Assembly: GCF_000698785.1 (NCBI RefSeq)
Contig: NZ_CP007536.1
Span: 1,620,001 to 1,652,000, forward strand
Reading direction: 5' to 3'
Length of the DNA: 32,000 nt
Source of the DNA: Nitrososphaera viennensis EN76
GTDB taxonomy: Archaea > Thermoproteota > Nitrososphaeria > Nitrososphaerales > Nitrososphaeraceae
In this document: positions 8,896 to 17,660 of the stretch, one piece after another
Position numbering within the stretch: position 1 is the first letter of the stretch
How the letters are laid out: each line of letters begins with the position of its first letter
Notes under the pieces: generated by a model
The model's input: only the letters and a program-made list of their open reading frames with translations
The model's database searches: none
Told to the model about the DNA's origin: nothing
Position numbers and translations under genes: made by a program

Positions 8896-9453
8896 ATGTG
8901 TCTTTTATATGATGATTACTTAGTATACATATTGACTACTACAAAAGCCGCAGCCAATTCGCCTGAGGAATTTAACCCTGAGAAAGCCGCTGAAGCCGTA
9001 AAGGAAGTTGCAAAGAAAATCAAAGATACTTCCAAAGCTGTCCGTGATACGGTGAGCACATTTACTGCAAGTGGCGCAATCACTGAAATGGCAGAAGCTT
9101 CGAGAGATGCTGCAGTAGCAGCCAGAGATACGACGCGCAATATTACAGATACAACGAGAGAGATGCAGAAAAGCGGCGTCATTGCAGAAACTGCAAAGGC
9201 CATGGATGAAACTATAGGTGAAGCGTCCAAGGCAGCTGATGAAGCGATAAAGATGCCGAAGCAGGTTGAAAAATCTGCGCCGGAAACAACGAAAGCAGCA
9301 AAGAAAGGTGCAAAGGCGATAGCAAAGACAAGTAAGAAAGTTCAGAATCAAGCAAGAAAAGCAGTAAAGAAAGAGAGCACAAAAGCGAAGAAATATGCCC
9401 ACAGAAAAATGAAACAGGCAAAGTCCGCCTCAAAAAGGTGGGGCTCAAGATAA
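8896..9453 (+). CDS. Ala/Lys/Thr-rich low-complexity, predicted helical protein (LEA/phasin-like composition), function unknown
   Basis: 185-aa ORF with repetitive A/K/E/T-rich helical-looking sequence and a basic tail. A TATA-like catatattcattaaag lies about 45-60 nt upstream (8837-8852). The antisense ORFs here are shadows of the biased composition. Confidence 0.55.
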   Translation: MCLLYDDYLVYILTTTKAAANSPEEFNPEKAAEAVKEVAKKIKDTSKAVRDTVSTFTASGAITEMAEASRDAAVAARDTTRNITDTTREMQKSGVIAETAKAMDETIGEASKAADEAIKMPKQVEKSAPETTKAAKKGAKAIAKTSKKVQNQARKAVKKESTKAKKYAHRKMKQAKSASKRWGSR

Positions 9454-10173
9454 ATCGCGCTACGACGGCCGCGAGGAAAAACAAGAAAACCAAGTGAAAC
9501 CTACAGAGTCTTGATGATTGTTTACCAAGAAAAGGGTAAAATTCCAAGTCAACATGGGAGGATGGGCAAGAGCTGACTGTCTCTTGTGCTCTACGCCCAT
9601 CCGCCGCGATTCTTTATAACTTGAACCGCATCTCCGATCGTGACAGGACTTTGCCGCAGTTGTATTAATAAGATATGTAAAGCAATGAAATGAAGGTGCA
9701 ATCTGGTTATCCGGGTGACGAAGAGGCTGTCAAACGTCGGGTTATGGTGAGAAAAACAATACTTGTGGCATTGGACATTTCTGCTCATATCCCTTATCTA
9801 TTCGAGCGCATCTAGCCCAGCGCGAAGGATGGTATACGCTCTGGAAACTGATTTTTCTTGTCGAACGCCTTTTTCTTTGGTGCAATTTCGATAAGCAGAG
9901 CCTGTTAATGCCGCGGGGTGATTCCTTGGCACCTAGTCTGTGGCTTGACCCGTCATCTTGATAATAGGATTGCACTTGTCGGATACGTACCGCTCGGTTA
10001 ATCGCAGGTGGCTGGCCATCCTATTTTCTACGTCTATGGACATGGAGCTTGGAGCTCCGGGAAGCCATTGATAATCTAGCTGGCACCTTTGGGAGAGGAA
10101 GAGTTGACGCCCATGGCAAACCCACAAGTCACAAACTCGTTAATATTTCTCGGTCGTAGAATTCTACTGTAAG

Positions 10174-10455
10174 ATGCAAGGCAAAATGCAAGTAATTTCC
10201 CTACAAGAACTCGAAAGAATGGAGAAGCTAATCCGCCTTCTCGAAATTATCTTCACCATTTTCAAGTACTTGCCTCTCATAATCGGGGTCCTTGCGGGCA
10301 TATCTCTGATACTTGCCACTCTCAACTTCATTGAGAAGAGCTATGGGTGGGCCATTGTCAATCTTATACTTGGCTTAGCAGGGGTGCTTTTCGTGATGAG
10401 GGCGAACAGGCGTCATCCGGAGCATTTCAATGGACCATCCGATTTGACGCACTAG
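10174..10455 (+). CDS. small membrane protein, two predicted TM helices
   Basis: ATG start, 93 aa. Hydrophobic stretches LPLIIGVLAGISLILATL and WAIVNLILGLAGVLFVM. Confidence 0.5.
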   Translation: MQGKMQVISLQELERMEKLIRLLEIIFTIFKYLPLIIGVLAGISLILATLNFIEKSYGWAIVNLILGLAGVLFVMRANRRHPEHFNGPSDLTH

Positions 10456-10551
10456 ATGGTTTTGATATGCCTTGCAGCCATCTTGTCGTACCTAAACCAC
10501 GGCGAAAGAAAGATGATCATAAAAAAACAAAATTGACTTCGATAATGTGAG

Positions 10552-10716
10552 TTACTTTACTTCTTCTTGCTTTAGAGAAAGATACCCTTTGACTCCGCAT
10601 GTTGGACATTCTCTCTCGAGTGCCTCTTCACGCAGCTTCCCCTTATCAACTTGGACGGGGCCGCTCGATTTACACTGGGCGCATTCTACCATTACCAGAT
10701 AGTAATCATTATCCAT
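10552..10716 (-). CDS. 54-aa zinc-ribbon mini-protein (below the ORF-track cutoff)
   Basis: Manual translation: MDNDYYLVMVECAQCKSSGPVQVDKGKLREEALERECPTCGVKGYLSLKQEEVK. It has a CxxC...CxxC arrangement, ATG start and TAA stop. Confidence 0.5.
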   Translation of the reverse strand: MDNDYYLVMVECAQCKSSGPVQVDKGKLREEALERECPTCGVKGYLSLKQEEVK

Positions 10717-11019
10717 AGAATGGATCGTGAAAAATCATATTAATGAGTTTACGAATTTGGCATTTTCACAATCCGTACATGAAGGGATACTTGACTGTCT
10801 GCATAAAGGAATTGAACCCTGACCCGATACTTGACAGCCTCTTCGTGACCCGGATAACCAGACAATACCGAAATGAAGGCCTAGTATGAAAGGCAATTGA
10901 TCATAACATAGTAAAGGTAGACTTGGCTGCAGAGAAGATGCGTGCGTGCCAGAAAGTGATGGGGGACATGCTAGAGCAAGCATGTCCGCTCCTTCTCTCT
11001 CTATATACAGCAGTCTATG

Positions 11020-11226
11020 TTAGAATTTCTTGCTGCATGCCATGCAGTATGTCTTTAGAAACCTGCCTTCCAGCCTGCCGTTTGTCAGGTATCCTATGAG
11101 GGCGCCACAATTTTCGCACTTTAATGCTGTCACGCAACTTGTGTGGTACCACTTGTCGTCCACTGTTATCCCTGTGCTTGACTCTGCAATCTTGAGCCCG
11201 CACACCGAACAGTTGTTGGTGGGCAT
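11020..11226 (-). CDS. 68-aa multi-CxxC zinc-ribbon protein (cassette A, downstream gene)
   Basis: MPTNNCSVCGLK...WYHTSC...KCENCGALIGY...KTYCMACSKKF from the ATG at 11226 (the track start at 11229 is TTG). The Cys pattern parallels 20136-20384. Confidence 0.65.
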   Translation of the reverse strand: MPTNNCSVCGLKIAESSTGITVDDKWYHTSCVTALKCENCGALIGYLTNGRLEGRFLKTYCMACSKKF

Positions 11227-11318
11227 CAAAGAAATTGACGTATCCTAATCTATAAAGAATTTTGCAAACGTTGTGTGATGTATAGTGAGAAGAGGCGCCC
11301 GCTTCTTTTTTCCGCGTC

Positions 11319-11462
11319 CTACAAAAGACCTCCGTACACCTGCATTCTGTGCGCGCGCAGCCCATCCTTCAACATTGCAGTATCCGCAATGGCACAATCC
11401 TCTCCAAACAATTCACACTTGCTTTCCTCAATTGCGGTGTAGAACTTGTCTTCTTGTTCCAT
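11319..11462 (-). pseudogene. Cys-rich micropeptide gene, copy A; apparently frameshifted relative to copy B at 20560-20664
   Basis: MEQEDKFYTAIEESKCELFGED... compares with copy B MEKEKAAASYILEESRCEAFGES.... About 75 nt are roughly 75% identical, including the identical 16-mer ttgcagtatccgcaat (plus strand). One 1-nt indel lies at about 11391-11400. In the copy-B frame, copy A would read CHCGYCNVEG against CDCGYCNIDG. Confidence 0.4.
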
Positions 11463-11917
11463 AAGCGTAGTTCTACTGATAACACCGGCAGCTTCTATAG
11501 CAGTAGAGACTGCTGGGATGAGAGCAAGGTCAAGGAACGGCAGGAGGTGCAGCATAGCCGTTTAGACCACAGCTGGAAAAAGCGAAAAGTAGAGATTTCT
11601 GCGCATGACAGCAAGCAAGCGTGCAAGACAATCATCAGATTGCGCTTGCAATTTTCTGTACACGCGACACTTAAAGGGTTCAACAATGCAACTTGCTGTT
11701 AGGTAAATATTGGGTTTACCGGCCCTGTCCCGGTATGAGAGCAAGACCTAGGGGCGGGGCCTTGCATACACCCAACGTCAATTCTATCCTTCTCTATTCG
11801 GTTGGTGGACTGGTTGAGCGATTAGGAGATAGAAAATTTAACAACGGAGCAGAACGAGATGATGATGTTACGCCACTACTACTGCTACCAATAAAATAAT
11901 CAGCAGTAGAGCAACTA

Positions 11918-12646
11918 CTATCCATCTATACTAACTCCCGCAAGATGCATACTAAATGAGGCTTTGTTCGTGTTGAAAATTATCTCATCATAGCTTCCAT
12001 CTGGCAATAATTCCTGCAAAACAGCAGAAAACATTCCCTTGTAATAGAGCGACCAGTTCTGGCCCATGTCGTGGTGAATCATGACAAAGATAGAGTTCGG
12101 ATTGGCCTCTTGCTTGAGCAGCAACTCAAAGCCTAAAACTCTGCATCTCAACTCAATCCACTGGATAAAACTCTCTATATTGTAGCCTGACTTGAACAGC
12201 AAGAAATCCCTTATGGTTTGATCCTTCTGCATCTGTCCTATTTCCTCAATCTCTTCTGGAGTCATTTTGCTGAGCATGATCCTGATCATGCTTTTGTGCA
12301 TGGGCATGAATCCCAGTCTTTCCTGGAAGCGCCCCCAAGAAATGTACTTTTTCAAGACCGTGATTATGAATGAGTTGACACTTGCGTCATCCTTGGCGGC
12401 TTCGTCTCTCAAGGATTCCAAAAGGTTGCTAGGAATGCGCAGCATCAGAGGCCTGCTTTTTCTGGCTGCTTTTTCTTTCTTGGTGGCAGTTACTGCTGCA
12501 ATTCGTTGTTGTTGTTGCCGCTGCTCCTGATGGTGTCTGGTGGAATTCTTGCTGTTGCCGCCGCTACTTCTGCTATTGTTTTTGTCGTCGTCGCCATCAT
12601 CTCTCCATCGAGGAGAGATGGCTCCTGCCCCTTCCCTTGTCGTCAC
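11918..12646 (-). CDS. RHH-domain putative regulator with uncharacterised C-terminal domain (paralog 3 of 3)
   Basis: RHH pattern LMLRIPSNLLESLRDEAAKDDASVNSFIITVLKKYI. Shared motifs LGFMPM and HDMGQNWSLY. The start is uncertain: GTG at 12646 gives a Q/R/S-rich low-complexity 67-aa extension, while the ATG at 12445 starts right at the RHH strand. Confidence 0.75.
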   Translation of the reverse strand: MTTREGAGAISPRWRDDGDDDKNNSRSSGGNSKNSTRHHQEQRQQQQRIAAVTATKKEKAARKSRPLMLRIPSNLLESLRDEAAKDDASVNSFIITVLKKYISWGRFQERLGFMPMHKSMIRIMLSKMTPEEIEEIGQMQKDQTIRDFLLFKSGYNIESFIQWIELRCRVLGFELLLKQEANPNSIFVMIHHDMGQNWSLYYKGMFSAVLQELLPDGSYDEIIFNTNKASFSMHLAGVSIDG

Positions 12647-12793
12647 AACTCTTGGAGGGCTTTATGCGGTGTGATAACGCTTGTGAGTACAGAGCAAGCG
12701 TGCGCAATTGAACTGCACCATGCAAAGGCACGACAAGGTTTTCTGTTGTTTTCCATCTCAATAAATGAAGGGAAGGGCGTCAAGGGAGTAAGT

Positions 12794-12804
12794 AAAAAAC
12801 AAAA
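12794..12804 (-). terminator. oligo-T tract downstream of the multicopper oxidase gene
   Basis: The minus strand reads ggttttgttttttac about 80 nt after the stop at 12884, preceded by a pyrimidine-rich stretch. This resembles an archaeal oligo-T terminator. Confidence 0.3.
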
Positions 12805-12883
12805 CCATTCATTCTATTGAAAGTGATAAAAGAAAAGAGGAGGAGATAGAAGAAGGATAGAAGGGAGTAAAATCGCCTTCTCT

Positions 12884-14290
12884 CTACTTTACCATCACCG
12901 TCCCTGTCATCCACGGATGCAGCGAACAATAGTAATCGTACGATCCTGGTTCCGCGAACGTGTGTTCGAACGTCTTTTTCTGGGAGATGAGATCTGAAGC
13001 AAAGATCCCTTCTGTTTTACTGGCGACTAGGTGGAACGAACTGTCGTCGTTCTTCCAAGTCACGGTGGTTCCTGCATTTACGGTTATGCTGGCCGGCTCG
13101 AAAGTTTTGTTCTGATCTACCGCCACATTCTTGGGCATGACAACCACGTTGGTTTGTACTGGTGCACCGTCATCAACTTTGATCGTGCTGTCATTAGCAT
13201 CGCTCGTCTGGTGCGCGGTATCGTGTGACTTCGAAGGTGATGATATTGTTGGTGCTTGTACGCTTGTCGCTCCGGAAGGATCTTGCTTTTGTAGCTCTTT
13301 GGCAAGTTTCTCCTGCCATCCGATCATGCTAATCGATTTTGTCCTGGCAATGTCTACGCCGTCTACTGCGCCAGCAGGAGCGTCTGTCACGTTAAAGTAT
13401 GCCATTGTGCCTTTTTCCTCCGGCAACCCGTGGAGATGGAACAGGTACCTTCCCTCCCAGGGCCATCTGGCCTCAAATATCGCGCCATTGCCTGCCGCTA
13501 CCTCCCATGTCTGCACTTTCATCGGGTCGTTATCCCAGATTCCTGACAGATATGCGTCAAAGATGGTGCCGTGGATGTGAAAGCCATAGGCCGGCGATCC
13601 GCCCATGTTGACATAGTATACTCGTACGGTCTCGTTTGTCCTTACTTCTAGGGGGTGATCCCAGTACTGGTCGACATAGCCGTTAAAGAAGACGTATTCT
13701 GGGTTGTTTGTCATCTGGTCTTTGGTGTCGTATTCGCCTGCCACCAGCACGTATTCTCTTGCCGGCGAGAGGCCTTCCTTGGGATCAACTATCAAGGCGC
13801 CGTACAGCCCCATCCTTACGTGCTGCGTCACAGGCATCACATGACAATGGTACATCAACGCGCCAGGCGGTCCTGCAATAAAGTCATACGTGTATGTTTC
13901 GCCGGGCTTGACTACCTGAAAGACTCCGTCGTCTTTTTCATCGTGGTCGCCATGAAGATGTACTGTATGAGGCATCGGGGTTCTGTTTATGAAGTGAAGG
14001 ACGACCCTGTCTCCCTCGGTAGCTCTGAGAATGGGTCCCGGTATGGTTCCGTTGTAGGTCCAGGCCTCGACCCTGATTCCTGATGCTATTTCAAGCGTCG
14101 TATTCTCTCCAATTAGCGTATATTCGACAGTGCGCTGCGCCCCTCCCTGCAAGGCGCCTGCTCCCTCTTGTACAGAATTCTGCTGGATTTCTGAACTGCT
14201 TGGCTGCAGCACGAAATACCCGCCGATACCGGTTAGTGCGACGGATGCCGATATTGCAACGGCAAGAATCGCCATAGATATGCCTACCAT
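12884..14290 (-). CDS. multicopper oxidase (two-domain type) with N-terminal membrane anchor/signal and fused C-terminal plastocyanin-like cupredoxin domain
   Basis: Copper-ligand motifs HTVHLHG, MYHCHVMPVTQHVRMG (HCH flanking the T1 Cys), FHIHG and FHLHG. C-terminal blue-copper motif YDYYCSLHPWMTGTVMV. The N-terminus is hydrophobic (ISMAILAVAISASVALTGIGGYF). I take the ATG at 14290; the track start at 14293 is TTG. Confidence 0.9.
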   Translation of the reverse strand: MVGISMAILAVAISASVALTGIGGYFVLQPSSSEIQQNSVQEGAGALQGGAQRTVEYTLIGENTTLEIASGIRVEAWTYNGTIPGPILRATEGDRVVLHFINRTPMPHTVHLHGDHDEKDDGVFQVVKPGETYTYDFIAGPPGALMYHCHVMPVTQHVRMGLYGALIVDPKEGLSPAREYVLVAGEYDTKDQMTNNPEYVFFNGYVDQYWDHPLEVRTNETVRVYYVNMGGSPAYGFHIHGTIFDAYLSGIWDNDPMKVQTWEVAAGNGAIFEARWPWEGRYLFHLHGLPEEKGTMAYFNVTDAPAGAVDGVDIARTKSISMIGWQEKLAKELQKQDPSGATSVQAPTISSPSKSHDTAHQTSDANDSTIKVDDGAPVQTNVVVMPKNVAVDQNKTFEPASITVNAGTTVTWKNDDSSFHLVASKTEGIFASDLISQKKTFEHTFAEPGSYDYYCSLHPWMTGTVMVK

Positions 14291-15109
14291 CAAGAAGGAA
14301 AGTGCCGGCCATTGCCATTTAGCGAGGACGTTTACTCTGCAAGTAGAACCGATGCACTGATTTCATCTGATATCAGGCTGGACAAATGCGTTTCAAATGT
14401 ATACGTCAATATGAGCATCGGTAGCTGCAAGCATATATACTTCTCACATATTTGCGTCATTTCCTAGAGGCGTGGCAAAGCCGTAATTGTTGTCATTTTG
14501 CAAGTTGGCAAACCTTTTTGCATGTGAGCACAGTCGCCGTTAGGTAACCCATTATTATTTTGCTGTGGAAGATATAGTGATCGACCATGGACACCTATAT
14601 TAATTAGGCAAGTGGCATGGCCGGTCCGTCTAATCCTCTGCCTGCGTCAGCCGAAGGATTGGCGCGGGCAGAGTTTTCTACATTCTATGTGTTGGTTGCC
14701 CCGGTATATTTGTGATTTTAGAATGTGTTACATAACGACCGCTACAGTACAATGCACCGTACTCTGACTCTGGAACCAGCGACTTTTCCACGACGTGTTT
14801 TTGTTTGCCATTCCTGTTGCTGTTACTGTTTTTTTTGTCGCCGTTGCGTCTGCAAATAAAAGCCTTATTCCTGATCCCTTGTGATTATCGCAATGAGCAA
14901 TCCCGGGGCTTTGCCGGATACAAACGCAGTTGTAATTCAATGATACATCTCACCGATTACTGCAGCTAGCTCCAACTAGAATATCATTCTAGCGTATCAT
15001 GTTCGATAATCGCTTCGTACTGGAAAAGATTCTTTTTTTGCATAACGCCATTTTTCTCATGCGAGAATCAAATTGCAATTTATATTGTTTTCAGACAAAC
15101 TTTGTTTTC

Positions 15110-15562
15110 ATGAATAATAAAAGAAAAAATAGTAGTAGCATTGGCAGGCTCGCCTTGAGTCTGGCATTCGCCGCGGTCCTGGTATTTTCCGCAGCGTCCA
15201 TGGGCAAGTCGGTATCTGCGCAAGGCAATGCGACTGGCACCGAAGGAGCAACGACGACGACAACTCCGCTCCAGTACATAGCCAATATCAAGCAACTCTT
15301 GGGCGAGCTCCAGAATGAGTACAACACTGGAAATTATACGCAGGCCGAGAAACTTGCAGAACAGGCCTATCTGGACAACTTTGAGCATGTAGAAGATCCG
15401 CTTGCTAACGCAGGCCAGAAAGAGCTGATGGAACAGACAGAACATATGCTGAGAGAAGAATTGAGGCAAAAGATCCGTGACAAGATCCCAGCTGACGAAT
15501 TGGCGGCGTTCATCTCAACCATAAACGCCAAGCTTGCAGAAGCGGAAAAAGTGTTTAGCTGA
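15110..15562 (+). CDS. secreted all-helical protein, function unknown
   Basis: The ATG at 15110 gives 150 aa with a signal peptide (GRLALSLAFAAVLVFSAASMGKSVSA), a Thr-rich linker, and amphipathic helices (AEQAYLDNFEHVEDPLANAGQKELMEQTEHMLREEL). Confidence 0.65.
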   Translation: MNNKRKNSSSIGRLALSLAFAAVLVFSAASMGKSVSAQGNATGTEGATTTTTPLQYIANIKQLLGELQNEYNTGNYTQAEKLAEQAYLDNFEHVEDPLANAGQKELMEQTEHMLREELRQKIRDKIPADELAAFISTINAKLAEAEKVFS

Positions 15563-15586
15563 GATACAGCAATAATTGACGCTGCT

Positions 15587-15628
15587 ACAGCCGGGCGGGA
15601 GAAGATTCCGCCAGCTGTCTTTTTTCTT
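15587..15628 (+). terminator. interrupted hairpin plus T-tract after 15110-15562
   Basis: acagc/gctgt and ggcgg/ccgcc stems (5+5 bp with an internal loop) and a 9-nt loop, followed by cttttttctt (15619-15628), 25 nt after the stop. Confidence 0.5.
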
Positions 15629-15716
15629 CAGCAGATATCTCTCGCAATTTTTAGAGATGTGCAAACAGACAATGCGTTTTGTGCTAGCCGTTTGTTTTTT
15701 CTTGACAACAAATCCA

Positions 15717-16082
15717 CTACGCTATGGCAGTAGTGGTATACAAGCCTGCGGGGATGAAGGCAAGGCTATTTCCTGCAACTGCTCCTGTTCCTTCCTTCTT
15801 CTTCTTTTTCTCCCTCTCCCACATCGCCATGATTGCCGCCTTGTATTCGGGGTCTCTGTACAGCTTTCTCAGGGCCTTGTTCTTTATGCAGGAGGGGCAT
15901 ATCAGCCTGTGCATCTTGGCACTAGTGGGGTGGGCAAGGCTACGGCGGTTTCCAAACCTGTGCCGGCACACAAGGCATACGATCGCAAAATCCTGTACTG
16001 GCCTTGCAGAGTGGTAGCTGTGCATGGCAGCAGCATCTCCTTTCTCCTCCACCCTCATCATATTGTGGGCCTCTTTCTGCAT
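15717..16082 (-). CDS. Cys/His zinc-finger protein with Lys-rich tail, possible DNA-binding protein
   Basis: 121 aa, ATG start. CLVCRHRFGNRRSLAHPTSAKMH (C2H2-like spacing CxxC-x11-H-x6-H), then CPSC, then REKKKKKE. It is divergent from the P450 gene. Confidence 0.5.
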   Translation of the reverse strand: MQKEAHNMMRVEEKGDAAAMHSYHSARPVQDFAIVCLVCRHRFGNRRSLAHPTSAKMHRLICPSCIKNKALRKLYRDPEYKAAIMAMWEREKKKKKEGTGAVAGNSLAFIPAGLYTTTAIA

Positions 16083-16367
16083 AACTAGTGCCGGCCTGAC
16101 TAATTAGCACCCTGTCCATTTGTCAAGCGCAAAATGCCCTGTTCGTGGCGCACAAGCAGCTTTTTCGCAGTACGCTGGCGGGCTGGCGTAACTGTTATGG
16201 TCATTTTCTTGGCGCCGGCCCTCGCGCGGCAGCAGCTCCACCGCGAACTGACAACACTGACCCTTTTTGTTGGCCAAAAAACAAATGAAATTACCTTACT
16301 TGTGCATCTAAGGTCGTTGCAGGTTGGGCATAACCCGTAAATGTTTTTTGTGCGAATCTTGGTCTAG

Positions 16368-17624
16368 ATGCAAAAAAGTGCGAGCTCGCCGTTCAACGGA
16401 AAATTAAATCCATTTCCTTTCTATTCAAACATGAGAAAGAGCAATCCAGTTGAATACAATGACAAAGCTGACCTGTGGAATGCCTACAGGTATGATGACG
16501 TAAAGAAAATTCTTACCAACCATGTGGACTTTTCCTCCGACTTTACAAAAGCATCGCCGCCACTACCGCCCTCGTCATCATCATCGTCGTCATCGGCGCC
16601 GCGGCCAACGCAATCCCAAGAAGGGCCCTTCAGGCGCACTCTGATATCGACCGATCCCCCGTTGCACAGGTATCTGCGCGGTACGATTTCATCGGCATTT
16701 AGCGCCACCACCATTGAAAGGCTGGAGCCCCGAATCAGAGACATTGCAAACGACATGATAGACAAGGTGATTGAGAAGGGCTCGATGGACCTTGTACGGG
16801 ACTTTTCGTACCCCTTGCCCGTGACTGTGATAGCAGAGCTGCTGGGCATACCCTCCAAAGACAGGGACCTTTTCAAGAGATGGGCTGACGAACTGCTAAA
16901 ATCCATAGACGAAGCGGTCGAAACAGGCGGCCGCAGAAATAATGACAAGATGCAGCAGCTGCAGAAGGAAATGGACGATTATTTTCTAAATGTTATTGCT
17001 GAAAAGAGGAAAAAACCGGGGCAGGACCTCGTAACGCAACTGATCAATGCAGAAACCGACAAGATAAAACTCTCCCAAGACGATATTCTGAGCTTCTGCG
17101 CCTTGCTCCTGCAGGCAGGGCACCTGACGACCGTGAACCTCATAAACAATTGCATGTGGTCGCTGCTGGAACATCCCCAGCAACTGGTCAAGTTAAAAAA
17201 CAACCTTTCGTCTTTGTTAACGTCTGCAATTGAGGAGACCTTGCGCTACCGCTCTCCAGTTCAAGCCCTGGTCCGGTTTGCCACAAAAGACGTACAGGTT
17301 GGAGGCAGGACCATAAAATCCGGTCAGAGAATTATCCCGTGGATAGGCTCGGCAAACCGTGACGAGGCTGTCTTTGGAAATCCGGAGGAATTTGACATCA
17401 CGCGCGGCCCAAATCCGCACATCGCATTTGGAGCCGGCATTCATCTGTGCCTGGGCGCCCCACTGGCGCGGTTGGAGTCGCACGTAGCCATGGAAATACT
17501 GCTGAGCCGCCTGCAGGACCTTGAGTTTGGCGACGATCCAAGAAATTTTGAACCCATTGACGGCAGCCTGTTCTTGTACGGCGTAAAGAGCCTGCCGTTA
17601 CTGTTCAAAGCTCGACAGCACTAG
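16368..17624 (+). CDS. cytochrome P450 monooxygenase
   Basis: 418 aa. Heme-thiolate loop FGAGIHLCLGAPLARLE, I-helix LLQAGHLTTVN, K-helix EETLRY. It also has an unusual Ser8 insertion (PPSSSSSSSSAP, codons 16572-16595). Confidence 0.92.
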   Translation: MQKSASSPFNGKLNPFPFYSNMRKSNPVEYNDKADLWNAYRYDDVKKILTNHVDFSSDFTKASPPLPPSSSSSSSSAPRPTQSQEGPFRRTLISTDPPLHRYLRGTISSAFSATTIERLEPRIRDIANDMIDKVIEKGSMDLVRDFSYPLPVTVIAELLGIPSKDRDLFKRWADELLKSIDEAVETGGRRNNDKMQQLQKEMDDYFLNVIAEKRKKPGQDLVTQLINAETDKIKLSQDDILSFCALLLQAGHLTTVNLINNCMWSLLEHPQQLVKLKNNLSSLLTSAIEETLRYRSPVQALVRFATKDVQVGGRTIKSGQRIIPWIGSANRDEAVFGNPEEFDITRGPNPHIAFGAGIHLCLGAPLARLESHVAMEILLSRLQDLEFGDDPRNFEPIDGSLFLYGVKSLPLLFKARQH

Positions 17625-17660
17625 GAAATTGTTGTTATTATTAGTATAGATGCTCTTCTG

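Noticed and set aside
8916-9547. Three minus-strand ORFs (8916-9230, 8920-9402, 9212-9547) opposite the Ala/Lys-rich gene
   Set aside because: They are shadow ORFs created by the GCN/AAR-rich low-complexity coding strand.
9562-9602. Nested hairpin, considered as a tRNA or tRNA fragment
   Set aside because: It is only about 41 nt and has no D or T arm or conserved GTTC-type T-loop. I saw no cloverleaf-capable sequence anywhere in the window.
9933-10127. Tyrosine-recombinase-like C-terminal motif (HGRQLF...MASHLRLTERY)
   Set aside because: The spacing differs from canonical HxxR and GH-x5-T-x2-Y boxes by 1-2 residues. The ORF is closed by a stop a few codons upstream. I cannot run a profile search, so I keep it only as a weak note within the 9454-10173 finding.
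11319-11744. ORFs 11562-11744 and 11319-11555 are in the same frame, separated by one TAA; considered as a nonsense-interrupted 140-aa gene
   Set aside because: The upstream part has no recognisable features. Homology with copy B supports only the short peptide starting at 11462, so the longer reading remains unsupported.
11855-11915. C/D-box sRNA candidate (gatgatgatg); also 24979-25030 (gtgatga)
   Set aside because: C-box-like strings are present, but no CTGA D or D' box lies at an appropriate distance.
13031-14360. Several plus-strand ORFs inside the multicopper oxidase gene
   Set aside because: The minus-strand frame carries all the copper-ligand motifs. The plus-strand ORFs are antisense shadows.
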